From Eledone cirrhosa (taxonomy: Eukaryota), in the NCBI GenBank assembly GCA_964016885.1, contig OZ024742.1, positions 146,258,001 through 146,322,000 of the forward strand: a stretch of 64,000 nt of DNA, given 5' to 3'. A program made the translations under genes and the position numbers. Every line of letters begins with the position of its first letter. The first letter of the stretch is position 1. The notes beneath the pieces are model-generated. The model was not told the DNA's origin. It searched no databases and saw nothing but the letters and a program-made list of their open reading frames with translations. Below, in pieces: positions 13,021-22,926 of this stretch.

Positions 13021-15120
13021 ATGGCTACCAAAAAAAAAAAATTTCATACGTCACTCCCACTCATTCCGTCTTCTTCTTCCTCAATCATCACTACAGGAGA
13101 GAGAAGATTGTCTCTCTCCCTCCCTTCTTTAAATGTGTCTCTCTCCCTACCTTCTCTTTCGCAAGCGACGAAAGAAAAGAAAAGTCTCGTGCAAAGCGTG
13201 CAAGGTTTCTCCACGACGACGACGACAGCGACGAAACAGGTGTGCGGGAAATACGAAAACCCAGTTCATTCGTCTGACGTCAGGAATAATAGCAGTAGCA
13301 GCCGTAATAACAACAGCAACAGTGACAATGAAAACAACAGTAGCAGCCGCAACAGCATCACCAGCAGCATAAACAACAACAGCATTAGCAGCAGCAACAC
13401 CAACAACAACCACAGCAACAGCGGCGAAGGCAGTAGTCGTAGTACCTGCAGCAACAACAAAAGTACCAGCAGCTCTGACGACAACAACAACAGCAGAGAA
13501 AAACCAATCTCATTTGCAGGTATTGCGAAAAACCTGGAAACAATCCTCATAACAAATGAGGAATTAGAGGAAGCGAAGAAGATGGTGACAAAGAACGGAC
13601 ACCGAGCAATCTGCAAGGCAGCGAAAAATTTTTTCGAAACCCAAGAGCACTGTACGGTCACGTACCGTACAGTAAGTACAAAATCCCGTAGGGTGGAAAG
13701 AGCCACAGAGGCCCAAATACAAAAAGCCTTGGGGTCTGTGTGGCAGAGGAAAACGCACATCACCCGAGGCAAAAAATACGCCACCGTAGACGTACTTTTT
13801 GCCACACCCCAGGAGGCAAAGGCCCAATCAGTAGTGACCCTAAGGAGCGAGGAAATGGTGTTGGTGCCCTCCTACTGCGGGCAAAAAATTGTGAGGGTCA
13901 AACTGACCCACGTCCCCCCCGGAATGACCCCTTCTTGGCTGGCCGCGTCTGTCCTCGTCGGAATCGAGGACAAAACAACTGTACTGCAAGTACAGAAAAA
14001 AGTAAGAGAAGATTGGGTCGGCTCCTCCATTGAGATGCTAATCCAAACCAACCAGGAGTGCATCGAAGCTATCCCGGATGTGATAGACTTCGATAACGGC
14101 ACTCAACTGCCCATAAGTGTTGAGGGCAAACGCCCGAAATGCTTTCGCTGTGGATCGAAGACTCACCTCAGGGCCTTCTGCAACGAGAAGACCCTGAGAA
14201 AGGAGAAAACCCCCCTCCTCCCGAATCCGGTTCCACGGCTACCAGCAACAGGACAAGCGGCAACCAGGAACGATAGGTCCGTGGCACCCATACCCACTCC
14301 ACGGAAATCAAAGACAGCAGCAGCAGTGGAAATATTAACAACAACAACAGCAATACCAAATGCAGCTGCAACAGAGACTCCAGTGCAAACATCACCAACA
14401 ACAACAAGTGAAAGAGTGGAGCTGGTACCCCTCCCCGACCTTACAGAATCAGACATGGAGTGTGAGGTGGGAGAGGGATGGCAAAAGGTCTCAAGAAGGC
14501 ACAAACGCAGAAGCAGCGCATCGTCGCCTTTGAAAAGGGAGGAAAGAAATGAGAAAAGGGTAAAGTCTACTGCAAAGAGACCCACAGCAGCAACACCACC
14601 AACACCATCACCACCCACACCAGCACCACCATCACCACCGGCGACAACCCCACCGCCAACAACACCTTCAACACCACCACCACAAGCACCAACATCGCAA
14701 ACACAACAACAAAACACACACACCCAGCAACAACGACAAGAAAATAGCAGAACCACACCCCACCCCCAGAAAAACAAATGCACGGCAATAAACACACACA
14801 ACAAGAAACTAATGACTTACATAATTGAACACACAGACATTTCACAACAGGACTACATAATACCAGCACCAATCAAAACGCCAACTAACATAAGACTGCT
14901 AAAAATAGCACAGAAACAATACACAAACATTAAAACGAAATTCCCCAACGCAGTTGGTGATTTCAGGGACCTAGGAGGAACCATTAATCGAAGAGTATAT
15001 TCAGACATTCTCTTAGAAGAGCCGACGACCAGCCGAAGGGACGATTCAACGGTCCCTTCACCAGACGATCAAGTGAAAAGGGATGTAAAAACCATCCCTC
15101 CTCTACCAAAAATACGGTAA
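13021..15120 (+). CDS. Tx1-type ORF1 (gag-like nucleic acid binding protein, 699 aa from ATG 13021)
   Basis: Uninterrupted ORF with zinc knuckle CFRCGSKTHLRAFC (CX2CX4HX4C), basic motif GWQKVSRRHKRR, and N/S- and P/T-rich low-complexity segments. The ORF track start at 12988 is a TTG, so ATG 13021 is preferred. Confidence 0.9.
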   Translation: MATKKKKFHTSLPLIPSSSSSIITTGERRLSLSLPSLNVSLSLPSLSQATKEKKSLVQSVQGFSTTTTTATKQVCGKYENPVHSSDVRNNSSSSRNNNSNSDNENNSSSRNSITSSINNNSISSSNTNNNHSNSGEGSSRSTCSNNKSTSSSDDNNNSREKPISFAGIAKNLETILITNEELEEAKKMVTKNGHRAICKAAKNFFETQEHCTVTYRTVSTKSRRVERATEAQIQKALGSVWQRKTHITRGKKYATVDVLFATPQEAKAQSVVTLRSEEMVLVPSYCGQKIVRVKLTHVPPGMTPSWLAASVLVGIEDKTTVLQVQKKVREDWVGSSIEMLIQTNQECIEAIPDVIDFDNGTQLPISVEGKRPKCFRCGSKTHLRAFCNEKTLRKEKTPLLPNPVPRLPATGQAATRNDRSVAPIPTPRKSKTAAAVEILTTTTAIPNAAATETPVQTSPTTTSERVELVPLPDLTESDMECEVGEGWQKVSRRHKRRSSASSPLKREERNEKRVKSTAKRPTAATPPTPSPPTPAPPSPPATTPPPTTPSTPPPQAPTSQTQQQNTHTQQQRQENSRTTPHPQKNKCTAINTHNKKLMTYIIEHTDISQQDYIIPAPIKTPTNIRLLKIAQKQYTNIKTKFPNAVGDFRDLGGTINRRVYSDILLEEPTTSRRDDSTVPSPDDQVKRDVKTIPPLPKIR

Positions 15121-15155
15121 GTGGTCTTTCCCATCTTTTCCACTCTATTTTAAAC

Positions 15156-18100
15156 ATGACCTCACTCAGAATAGGCAGCATAAATGCGCGTGGCTTGGGG
15201 TCGTCATGGAAGCAGGGTCACCTGCTCAACGACCTCAGGTCACTAAACATAGATGTAGTGGCCATCAGCGAGACCAGAATCTCCGAAGCACGGGCCTTCG
15301 CACCGATCTTCGGCGGCTACGATGTGTACGCATCTCCCAGCCGTCCTGGATCGGGTGGAGGAGTTGCTGTGCTTTTTCGGAGAGGTTTGGATCTCGCCAT
15401 ACGGGCCATCTTCCTGGACCCAGAGGGTAAGCTGGTGGTGCTGGACGTGACCAGCGGAGACGGGCAAGCTTTCAGGCTAGTGGCCGTCTATGCCCCGACA
15501 GGAGCAGGGCGGCCTGATTTCTTCCGGCGTCTGGAGACCTTTCTTGGAACGTCGCGCTCTTTAGTGTTAGTGGGCGACTGGAACGGGATCTTAGATGCAC
15601 GCTGGGACTGTGTGGGATTAGCGGATAGGGGTGGAGGGTGCAAGAGCCTCACCAACCTGCTCAGGCGTTTTGAACTGTCTGACAGGTACCGATTGGATTT
15701 CCCGAATGTGCCAATGTGGACTTGGACAAACCGCATAGGGTCATCCAGATCATATCTAGATAGAGTATTTTGTAGGGAAATAGATAGGTCTAGCATAGGC
15801 TGTCCACAATTCAAGATAGTCAGCTACACGGACCACAAATTCGTGATCTGTGTGCTTGACTTAGATAGGCTTCATAGACGAGGACCCGGCTACTGGAAGC
15901 TAAACGCGTCCTTACCAGCGCGCAAGGCCTACAGAGACCGGATTAGCGAACTAGTTAAGCGGGCGTTGACGGGGGCCATCGTCAACAACAAGTGGTGGTT
16001 TGCTCTGAAAAGAGCGATTAGAATAGAATCGATTAGGTTTAGTAAGGCTTTAGCAATAGAGAAAAATAGAGCAGAGGGAGAACTAGTTAGAAAATTAGAC
16101 GAGGCGCTTAGCAAAGGCATTGCGACCGACGTGCTTGCGGCGAAATTGGCCCTTGACCAATTCTTCAATGCAAAGCACGAAGGCTGCGTTGTCAGAGCTA
16201 GGGTGCGTGCTCTCAGACACGAGGGGACGAAAGCCGTTCAATGGGCCCGAGTGGCGGAGGCGCGTCGTGGCAACAAAGCCACGATCCGGTCTTTGGTGGA
16301 CCACGACGGGCGCATGCTACTCGATCCCGGGCAAATGTGTGAAGCTTTTCAGCGACACTTCGCTCAGCTGTTCGGGGGCAGCGGGGGGCCGGGTAGAGGG
16401 ATGGACTTTAGTGTCTACCTCGACGGACTGCCGCGGCTCTCGGCCACTGAGGCGAAGTGTTGCGAAAAGCCGATAACAGCCGCTGAAGTAAGGGAGGCAA
16501 TGACTGGCTGCACAAGGGGTAAATCGCCTGGTTTGGATGGTCTGCCCTATGAACTTTACGTACAGATGCCAGACTTGTTCGGAGGCCTCTTGGCGGACGT
16601 CTACTGCAACTGGCAACAGAACGGGAGAATTCCCAGTTCTGTGAGCCGAGGAGCGGTGGCACTGCTGAGAAAGGATCCGAACAAGGGGGATAACATAGAC
16701 AATTTCCGGCCCATAACTCTGCTAAACACAGAGTTTAAGATTTTGGCCAAGGTGCTAGCAAAGAGGTTGGCGCTTGTCGTTGGTGGTCTGGTGGGAGAGG
16801 CGCAGACATGCGCCATTCCCGACAGATCCATCCACGACAACCTCCACCTCATGCGATACATCGTAGAGAGGGTAGCTAGGGAACCTGGCACGGGTGGGTC
16901 CTTGATCAATTTAGATCAGTCGAAAGCTTTCGATAGGGTCGACCATCGTTACCTAGCGGCAGTCCTGAGGGCGGCTGGCTTTGGGCCCGTCTTCAGAGGC
17001 TGGATCGCTGCCATGCACAGCGACATCTGCTCTGTGGTGAGAGTGAACGGTCACCTGTCGGAACCGTTCAACATCATGCGCTCGGTCCGCCAAGGATGTC
17101 CCCTCTCGTCCCTCTTGTACGTATTGACTCTCGAGCCATTACTGCACAAACTGGAGACGTTGAGGGGAGTCCCGCGCGAACTAGGATGCGGAAGATCCGT
17201 GTCAGCATATGCGGACGATGTCACCGTAGTGGTGTCGAACGCCAAACACATCGAGGCGATCGGCACTACACTAAGAGAATACGAAGCGGTGACAGGAGCA
17301 ATGATCAACCAGGAAAAGTCAGTGGGCCTGCAGCTCGGCACCTGGAGAGGCAGGTCCATGCCGTCCAACAGCGTCGTCGGGCGCTGGACGGACGGACCGG
17401 TTAAATTGCTAGGGGTCTGGTTCGGTCCGGACCTCCAGACGGACAAAAACTGGGACGAGGTGACGAGCAGGGTGGCTTCTCTCACCCAGAAATGGGCGGA
17501 GAGGAAGCTATCCCTGAAAGGTCGAGCGGAGGTGGCTAACGCGTACATCGCGTCTGTCATCTGCTACCGCCTAACCGTCGTACCTTGTCCTAAGCCTCGC
17601 CTGACTGCGCTGGAGCGTTTGCTCTTTCGCTTTTTGTGGAAGGGACGTGCTCCGATGGTCAGGCGGTCCATCTGTTGTCAACACCCGCTACGTGGAGGGC
17701 TGGGCATGCCGTGGCTGATGATGCGCAGGCACGCGCTCAGGCTACGACATCTCCACCTCTTCCTCGACGGTGATCAGGTGTGGTCGCCGTTTGCTAGACG
17801 CGTTTTTCCCCAGCTCGTTTCCTTGACGGAGCTGCAGTCCTGGGTCAAGCGAAGACCGAGAGGGAGCGCCTGGAGACTGGAATGTCTTCAGGCGCTCACA
17901 GCCCTCGACCAATCGGGCAATGTGATCGGTGGAAACTCCACCTCGGCGTTCTATAGAGGATTAGTGGAGGGGAAGAGCGACGACGTACTTGGGGAAACTC
18001 TAGGCGTCGACGAAAATCAACTAGCCAATCTCTTCGGAAGAACCTTCGGGCCAGGGCCTATGGACAACTTCCAGAAATCTCTGGCCTGGCAGTGCTACCG

Positions 18101-18575
18101 AGGAGCCTTGCCAGTTCGGGATAAACTCTACAGGCATGGAGGTGCCGTCAGCCGGGCATGTCCGAGATGCGCGCAGGGCGACGAAACCGTCCTGCACGCA
18201 CTCGTCCAGTGTCCGAAAATTGCTGACTTGTGGGTTTATGTCGAACACCTGCTGTCGCGTTTAGGACGGATCCAGCTATCATCTGAGTCTATCGTGAGGA
18301 TTGCCCCGCCCTCCTCCTTTAGCCGGGAAGGGCAGGCAGTTTTTATCTGTCTGGTGGCCATGGCGAAAGAGATAGTATGGTGGACACGTTTGAAAGGGCT
18401 GAAGACGAGCACTTACCTCTTCGGTGATGCTCTGATTGACTTTTTCAAATTTCATTTGAAAAGGAAAATCAGAGTAGAGAAGGAAGTGCTCTCTTCCCAG
18501 CATTTTGTTGAAAGATGGGTGAGAGAAGCAAGAATGGCCCGAGTGAATGGGCCGACTCTGAGTATATATCTGTAA
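15156..18575 (+). CDS. Tx1-type ORF2: APE endonuclease, reverse transcriptase and C-terminal zinc finger (1139 aa)
   Basis: APE motifs SINARG, ISET, VYAP, GDWN, YLDR, TDH. GPGYWKLN. RT motifs PGLDG, FRPITLLN, LDQSKAFD, VRQGCPLS, YADD, LLGVWF. C-terminal CPRC..ETVLHALVQC. Confidence 0.97.
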   Translation: MTSLRIGSINARGLGSSWKQGHLLNDLRSLNIDVVAISETRISEARAFAPIFGGYDVYASPSRPGSGGGVAVLFRRGLDLAIRAIFLDPEGKLVVLDVTSGDGQAFRLVAVYAPTGAGRPDFFRRLETFLGTSRSLVLVGDWNGILDARWDCVGLADRGGGCKSLTNLLRRFELSDRYRLDFPNVPMWTWTNRIGSSRSYLDRVFCREIDRSSIGCPQFKIVSYTDHKFVICVLDLDRLHRRGPGYWKLNASLPARKAYRDRISELVKRALTGAIVNNKWWFALKRAIRIESIRFSKALAIEKNRAEGELVRKLDEALSKGIATDVLAAKLALDQFFNAKHEGCVVRARVRALRHEGTKAVQWARVAEARRGNKATIRSLVDHDGRMLLDPGQMCEAFQRHFAQLFGGSGGPGRGMDFSVYLDGLPRLSATEAKCCEKPITAAEVREAMTGCTRGKSPGLDGLPYELYVQMPDLFGGLLADVYCNWQQNGRIPSSVSRGAVALLRKDPNKGDNIDNFRPITLLNTEFKILAKVLAKRLALVVGGLVGEAQTCAIPDRSIHDNLHLMRYIVERVAREPGTGGSLINLDQSKAFDRVDHRYLAAVLRAAGFGPVFRGWIAAMHSDICSVVRVNGHLSEPFNIMRSVRQGCPLSSLLYVLTLEPLLHKLETLRGVPRELGCGRSVSAYADDVTVVVSNAKHIEAIGTTLREYEAVTGAMINQEKSVGLQLGTWRGRSMPSNSVVGRWTDGPVKLLGVWFGPDLQTDKNWDEVTSRVASLTQKWAERKLSLKGRAEVANAYIASVICYRLTVVPCPKPRLTALERLLFRFLWKGRAPMVRRSICCQHPLRGGLGMPWLMMRRHALRLRHLHLFLDGDQVWSPFARRVFPQLVSLTELQSWVKRRPRGSAWRLECLQALTALDQSGNVIGGNSTSAFYRGLVEGKSDDVLGETLGVDENQLANLFGRTFGPGPMDNFQKSLAWQCYRGALPVRDKLYRHGGAVSRACPRCAQGDETVLHALVQCPKIADLWVYVEHLLSRLGRIQLSSESIVRIAPPSSFSREGQAVFICLVAMAKEIVWWTRLKGLKTSTYLFGDALIDFFKFHLKRKIRVEKEVLSSQHFVERWVREARMARVNGPTLSIYL

Positions 18576-18835
18576 ACTAAAGGTGGAAAACTGGGAGAGG
18601 GCACTTGCCTTGGTGGTCAGGGTCATTGTGGCTTTTTACTGGGCTTTCTCCACAAATGTCCCTCCGAAGTCTCCCCCCTATTGGGGAATTTTTCATTGTT
18701 ATTTTCATTGTTATTTTTGTTACATCCTCTATTTTTGTTTTTTTACACGCAGAAATGCCCATTTGTACCGTCCTGCATTGTCCTGCACTGTCCTTAATGT
18801 CTACTTTATGTAAACCCTTGTGGTTAATAAAGAAA

Positions 18836-18899
<64 letters not shown>

Positions 18900-18949
18900 C
18901 ATCAGCTCTATCATCATCATCATCATCATCATTGTTAAAGCTTAGCAGT

Positions 18950-19325
18950 ATTTGTTCCAATCCTTTATTCTGAGTTAACATCCAAATGCTGTCAACTGTA
19001 CCTTTCATCCTTCTGAGATCGATAAAATAAAGTACCACTCAAGTATTGGGGTTGGTATAATCAACTTTCCTGCCTTACAAAATTGCTAGCCTTCTGCCTT
19101 TGGCAGTATCGGTAGAGTGTCGGACACTATGCTTTGAAACACAGAGTTATGGCCCATTACGTTCTGACTTCAAATCCCACCGAGGTTAGCTTAGCTTTTC
19201 ATCCTTACAGGGTCAATAAAATAAAGTACCAATCACACACCGGAGTCCATTTAATCACCCCCCCCCCTCCCCCGCCAAAAAATTGCTGGCCTTGTGCCTA
19301 AAGTAGAAACAATTATTATCATTAT
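18950..19325 (+). mobile_element. Two tandem Meta-type SINE copies
   Basis: The family central domain and tail each occur twice. Confidence 0.8.
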
Positions 19326-19624
19326 TGTTTGTGTTTTTTCTCTTTTGTTTCCATTTCTTGCCAAGTGTCTTTCTGACATCTAGAGCAGAGAAATTCATTG
19401 CATACGTTGATAAGCCAGAAAATAAACATACAAGATTGTTCATGTCACTTTACACAGTTACAAGTATATCATTTGTCTGTTTAAAATCATATTTAAAACA
19501 GAATGATACTATATAAGAGTGAACAATTATTTACAACTTAAATAATTATGGAATATAATCTAATAAAGTTATGTAAAAAAAAAAAAAAATTATGGAGATG
19601 ATTATCTTTCTCACAATATGACTC

Positions 19625-19750
19625 TTTACACTCTGAGTTCAAATCCTGTTGATAAAATAAAGTACCAGTAACGCACTGGGGACAATTTAATGTACTTCTC
19701 TCCCAAAATGTTTGGCCTTGTGCCTAAATCAGAAATCACTATCATTATTA
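19625..19750 (+). mobile_element. Internally deleted Meta-type SINE
   Basis: CTGAGTTCAAATCC..GATAAAATAAAGTACCAG..GGCCTTGTGCCTAAATCAGAAATC. Confidence 0.75.
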
Positions 19751-19959
19751 TGTAAGCATTAGTCTTACTTTCATTGAGTGTTATCATTGCATTATTAAGT
19801 ACAGCTCTGAATGCTTTGGTAAATACATTGTTAAGGTTTTGGTATTGTTTTTTTTCTATTGTATTTAAAATATTCTTCATAATATGATGGCAGTGCTTAA
19901 TAGTGCTATATATATATATAAGTAGGAGTATTTAATTTGTTGGAAGTCCGACATTAAAT

Positions 19960-20260
19960 AATGTGAGTTCAATTCTCAGACCGGGTGATGTGTTGTTTCC
20001 TTGAGCAAGACACTTTATTTTTCACATTGCTCCAGTTTACTCAGCTGTAGAAATGAGATGATAGGGACTGGTGTCCCTATCATCTCATTCCGCTGCAAAG
20101 TGGTCGTGGAGGTGCCATGGCAAAAAAGCACCCAGCACTCACTGTAAATGAGGCTGGTGTTAGGAAGGGCATCCAGCTGTAGAAATCAAGCCAGAATCAG
20201 TTCCCGTCCCACCCTTGCAAGCAGGGAAAAGTGGACGTAAAAATTAAGATGATGATGATA
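19960..20260 (+). mobile_element. 5'-truncated CORE-type SINE with RTE-derived tail
   Basis: Near-identical to 24395-24670. Ends in (GAT)n. Confidence 0.88.
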
Positions 20261-20364
20261 TATATATATATGTTGCATTTATATACATATATGTTGCATT
20301 TATATATATATGTAAGTCATAGGAAGTTTCATTATGCATCATTATTATATATATATATCATCAA

Positions 20365-20551
20365 AGGTGGTGAATTGGCAGTATCGGTAGAGGGTCGGAC
20401 GCCATGCTTTGCAGCACAGTTACGTCCCTTTATGGACTGAGTTCAAATCCCGCCGAGGTTAACTTTGCCTTTCATCCTTACGGGGTCGATAAAATAAAGT
20501 ACCAGTAATGCACTGGGTAATTGCTGGCCATGTGCCAAAAGTAGAAACAAC
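20365..20551 (+). mobile_element. Full-length Meta-type SINE
   Basis: A box TGGCAGTATCGG, B box GTTCAAATCC, central domain and tail. Confidence 0.88.
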
Positions 20552-21062
20552 ATCCACTTTCCATGCTGGCATGTGTTAGATGGTCTGGATCAATGTCATC
20601 TTGCTCACTACATTCCATATCCAGTATGGTTTCTACTGCTGGATGCCCTTCCTCATGCCAGCCACCTTACAGGGTACCGTGTGTGCATTTTTTAGACTTC
20701 AGCTCTCTCACTTTACAGAGTGGACTGGGTACCAATACTAATGCTACAAGCCAAGAGCAATGTGGTGGTATTAGTGTTGAAATATGTGATCGATTAAATC
20801 TACTACTCAAGGGCCAGGTGGTGGTGGTGGTGCTTGTGGTGGTGATGGTAGTGTTTAACTAAGTGCCATATTATGTCTGTTATTAATAACTTTCTATCTA
20901 GTGTATGTGATATCATTATAAAATATTCTTCAATTAATTTTATTTTAACAATAAAAAATAATGAAGATAATGAAAAAATGTGGTAAAATTGCTCATCTTT
21001 TCATCTTGTTTATAAAACATAATTTCAAAATACAAAACATGTTGAAGTGATGTGTTTTTCAG

Positions 21063-21252
21063 AGAACATCCCTTATTAAATATTGACAAACATTTTCTCA
21101 TTAGAATCCAATCATTGGTTCTCACATTTCTAAATAAGTGGGAGTCAATAATTATTCCAAACATGAAGGCAATATCAGATGTAATTACACACCACCAATA
21201 TCTTCAGCTAGAACAAACTTTAGATGATTCAAATAAACACATATTTAAAAAA
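21063..21252 (+). other. Candidate host-gene exon (unidentified)
   Basis: TTTTTCAG acceptor, non-repetitive open frame EHPLLNIDKHFLIRIQSLVLTFLNKWESIIIPNMKAISDVITHHQYLQLEQTLDDSNKHIFKK, and GTAGGT donor. No recognisable homology. Confidence 0.3.
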
Positions 21253-21499
21253 AGTAGGTGATAAATCTATGGCTTATTTGTGTTTTTTTTGGTTTTTTTT
21301 TTTGTAGGGCTGGGGAATGTGATAATTCTAAAATTGACAGATTTTAGTAGTCCTCATACCTTTAATAATTAAATTACTATAGATACCTTTTTGGGTTTAC
21401 AAGATATTTCAGGTTTACAAGATATTTCCCAGTTGATAGTGATATGAGTGTGCACGTTTGTGTGTGTGTGCGCATGCATGTGTATGTATTTGTATGTAT

Positions 21500-21640
<141 letters not shown>

Positions 21641-21643
21641 TAT

Positions 21644-22000
21644 ATAAATTAATAAAAATAATGAATAAAAACAAAGAAACAGTTCCTTATATTAAAAAAT
21701 TCATCATTTTACGATCGTTTCTAGGATATATATGTGTGTGTGTTGGTATGTATATCATATAGATCTATGTAAAATGTTTACAAACTATCAGAGGGAATAT
21801 ACATACCTACACATATATATGCTGTCTTCAGAAATAATGTATATATATTCCCTCTGATAGTTTGGAAACATTTTACATAGATCTATATGATATACATACC
21901 AACACACACACATATATATCCTAGAAACGATCGTAAAATGATGAATTTTTTATATAAGGAACTGTTTCTTTGTTTTTATTCATTATTTTTATTAATTTAT
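21644..22000. mobile_element. Fold-back element with ~160 bp near-perfect inverted arms and an embedded hammerhead
   Basis: Arms ~21644-21806 and ~21838-22000 differ at only a few positions. The left end abuts a long (TA)n tract. Confidence 0.85.
21702..21839 (-). ncRNA. Type I hammerhead ribozyme with complete catalytic core and extended stem II
   Basis: Minus strand CAUUAUUU-CUGAAGA-CAGCAUAUAUAUGUG..CACAUAUAUAUCCUA-GAAA-CGAUCG-UA-AAAUGAUG. Stem I is 8 bp, stem III is palindromic, and GUA cleavage is predicted between 21710 and 21709. Confidence 0.8.
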
Positions 22001-22124
22001 CTTGACTCTGTTTTCCTGTGTTTTTCATCGAAAAAAATGTTGAATACATCTTCTCTTTTCATGACATTTGGATTACATTGAGTTCTTCATACGGATTGGA
22101 CACTACCCTATATAAATATATATA

Positions 22125-22450
22125 TCATCATCATCATCATCATCATTTTACGTCCGCTTTTCCCTGCTTGCAAGGGTGGGACGGGTCTTATTCAGCACAG
22201 CATCTCTCCACTTGTCACGGTCCCTCGTCATCTCCACCGTAAGCTTCAATGATCTGAGGTCTGTTCTCACCACCTCCGCCCATGTTTTTCGTGGTCTACC
22301 TCTACCACATCTTCCTTCAACTGGCATTTCCTGGCACTTCTTCACCCATCGGTCATCCTCCATGCGCATCACATGTCCATACCACCTCAGTCTCCTCTCC
22401 CGTACACTACATTCTATCCCTCTCAGACACAGTTTCTCTCTCAACACATT
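22125..22450 (-). mobile_element. 3' fragment of a second RTE LINE family with (GAT)n tail
   Basis: RERRLRWYGHVMRMEDDRWVKKC..GRGRPRKTW..RPTLASREKRT*, followed almost immediately by the tail. Confidence 0.9.
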
Positions 22451-22498
22451 TATATATATATAATAGAATTAGAATTTAGCTTTGAACATAGCTGTATA

Positions 22499-22765
22499 CA
22501 GATATGAGAGTTTACATAGGTGGTTACATCCAAACCGCCCATGTAAACTCTCATATCTGAAGTGTCAATTAAGAGTCGAGATCCGATCACATGATCAAAC
22601 CCAAGCTGATCGATATGGAAACAAATTGTAATATGTGATAAAGTTTACAAAATGCTGCAATTCTTATTATCACTTTATATACACTCTGCAAAATACAGCC
22701 ACCTTAATCCTGCGAGAGATGGACACAGTAACAGCATCGAGTTCTTCGACCAGTATCGCTGCTAG

Positions 22766-22770
<5 letters not shown>
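22499..22770 (+). mobile_element. Hairpin plus decayed hammerhead element, family H2
   Basis: 27 bp hairpin at 22499-22559, then CUCAUAU-CUGAAG(u)..GAAA-CAAAUUG-UA-AUAUGUGA. A homologous fragment lies on the minus strand at ~45120-45205. (TA)n on both sides. Confidence 0.5.
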
Positions 22771-22811
<41 letters not shown>

Positions 22812-22926
22812 CAGATAGATACATATATATATGAGAGAGAAAGATAGATACATATATATATATATATAATTTTATAGATATATAAAAAGAAAATTTAGCT
22901 CTACATGACTGAATACAATAAATGTA

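Larger units (their letters stand above)
12808..18900 (+). mobile_element. Full-length, intact Tx1/L1-clade LINE
   Basis: 5' UTR 12808-13020, ORF1, 35-nt spacer, ORF2, 3' UTR with AATAAA at 18826, and (TTA)n at both ends. ORF2 is much more GC-rich than the flanks. Confidence 0.96.

Noticed and set aside
15156-18575. Bacterial contamination or horizontal transfer suggested by high GC
   Set aside because: Older decayed copies of the same family lie in the window, so the family is resident. GC contrast alone is not evidence.
13133-18626. Overlapping antisense and alternate-frame ORFs within the Tx1 element
   Set aside because: Expected shadows of long GC-rich or low-complexity ORFs, with no motifs.
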